Assembly: GCA_963734995.1 (NCBI GenBank)
Contig: CAVTJD010000012.1
Coordinates: 13,754 to 77,753, forward strand
DNA: 64,000 bases
Origin: an uncultured Chloroflexia bacterium
GTDB taxonomy: Bacteria > Chloroflexota > Limnocylindria > Limnocylindrales > CSP1-4
Direction of reading: 5' to 3'
Shown: positions 62,551-64,000 of the stretch, in pieces
How the letters are laid out: each line of letters begins with the position of its first letter
Numbering within the stretch: position 1 is the first letter of the stretch
The notes under the pieces: model-generated
Told to the model about the DNA's origin: nothing
Seen by the model: the letters and a program-made list of their open reading frames with translations, nothing else
Databases searched by the model: none
Program-made: the position numbers and the translations under genes

Positions 62551-63629
62551 ATGAGATATTTCATTGTGGCAATTTTATTTTCTTCCTTAATCACTGCATG
62601 TGCAATGGAACCCAAGAACCTGAACGGTTTGGCGTAGTCAAAACGGTGAAGGTTGAAACAAAAGATCGACAAAAAGACAGGACAGGTTCAACTTATAAAA
62701 AGGTGATAGAAGAAAAAGCTGAAAGAAGTGTTGTCGACAAGGATTCGGATGATTAATGACACCACAGAAAGTGGTATCCTTTAAGCAATTTTTCAGCAAT
62801 TACGCTATCGGTCCTAATGACGACATCCTGGCCAGCGTCTACAATCAAGGCAAAAGCAATGGTTCAGATCGTGGATATACAACAACAGCAAAATGCGATT
62901 GACAAATACCAACTACGATCATTGGGCCCGAGTTTCAGCGATGATGGGGATTCGTGTATTTTGTTTCGTACAAGGGGAAGAAAAGATTTGGCCAATTCAG
63001 CCAGGATTCTTACATCTGGAAGACATCGGCAACGGTAATGGAGGGATAACGCGGATCGGCTCGCGCGTTTGTGTACGACTCTCCCTCAGCCAACTCCCAC
63101 TGGCGACAAAATTCTGTTCGCTACCATCGACCTTTACGGGAACCCGCCACATTTGGTACATGAATAAAAACGGCTCCCTACCGACCCAGTTAAAAGCAAG
63201 GCATCCAACCCCAGTGGATCAGCAACGATAGAATCCTCTTTGCCGCCAAGGACGAAAGCACCGGCATGTATGCGATATGGAGCTGCAATACTGACGGATC
63301 GATGCTGACGGAGATAATTTCAGACAATAATTACAACTGTTTTGCCCCAAGCATTTCGAAAGATGGGCAATACGTTGCCTATGTCAAAGAGAAAATCAAA
63401 ACTAGATGGTGTACAAAAGGCGACCCAGATTTTTTCTTGATAATCAAGGAAACCAGAGATATTTATGTTTATAAGGTTGCGGATGGATTGTCTCAACAAG
63501 TAACCACAAACCAGTCAAGGGATGATCTGCCGAGATGGTCATCCGACGGCAAATATTTGTATTTCCGATCTTCCAGAGGGTCTTGGTGGAGATATCTGGC
63601 GATTGAATACCTCTTTCTTGAACCAATAA
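62551..63629 (+). CDS. Low-GC TolB/PD40-repeat lipoprotein; multiple frameshifts
   Basis: AAGGAGG RBS, ITA-C lipobox, PSFSDDG, APSISKDGQYVAY, DIYVY, QVTTN.SRDDLPRWSSDGKYLYFRSSRG. Confidence 0.7.
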
Positions 63630-63827
63630 ATCAAATTCTATCGATCATAATTTTTTGGGGGGGTCACCTTTCGGTGGCCCCCTGGTGTCAGTTCCGCTCA
63701 TCAATGCCTCGCACGCAACTCCCTTTCCTGCCCTTCCCCTTATCACCTCGCTTGCATGAACTCGCCAATGCGCTTGCCGGGTGCGCAAAAACATGCTAAA
63801 ACCCGACAGCCATCGAAGGAGGTTGCA

Positions 63828-64000
63828 ATGATCATCCAAGGAACTCTCGTCAACATCGCCGCCGTCACGGCGGGACCTGGTCGGCTACTTTCTCGGCAAC
63901 CGCCTCTCGGAGCGGATCCGCAACACCATGATGGCGGGTCTCGGCCTGGCCGTGCTCTGGTCGGGCTGCAGCTGGCCCTGCAGAGCCAGCAGCTGCTGGT
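63828..64000 (+). CDS. DUF554 (YqgA-like) membrane protein, partial and frameshifted
   Basis: AAGGAGG RBS; MIIQGTLVNIAAV..G...GNRLSERIRNTMMAGLGL. Confidence 0.7.
   Translation, partial: MIIQGTLVNIAAVTAGPGRLLSRQPPLGADPQHHDGGSRPGRALVGLQLALQSQQLL

Overview
GC-rich bacterial chromosomal window. Gene content suggests a Desulfuromonadales (Desulfuromonas/Geobacter-like) organism; this is an inference. Many genes carry single-base frameshifts that look like long-read indel errors. In order, the window holds: AsmA C-terminus, ubiE/menG, a NUDIX hydrolase, an IclR regulator, a group 3b (sulfhydrogenase-like) NiFe hydrogenase operon, a TolC/YbhGFSR-like ABC exporter and mobB. Next is a Cpx-like envelope-stress locus: cpxRA-like pair, a secreted His/Arg-repeat + SH3 protein, a MacAB-like exporter and Spy/CpxP. 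An AhpD-like gene and an ArsS-family radical SAM gene follow; the latter's TGA is very likely selenocysteine. Then come a 51-aa lipoprotein missing from the ORF track, two internally collapsed gene relics, several metabolic and transport genes and tRNA-Arg(CCG). A housekeeping block follows (gshB, hpt, tatA, ferredoxin, ackA, a FabH-like gene, pta, Moco genes, TonB), then an orphan sigma28 flbD-motAB unit. The window ends with an accessory block: a MalT-like STAND/BTAD regulator and two lipoproteins. Best leads: Sec recoding with a SECIS-like hairpin, an identically spaced promoter architecture shared by the repeat-protein gene and spy, and the STAND-BTAD/lipoprotein module. No CRISPR array, integrase or transposase was seen.
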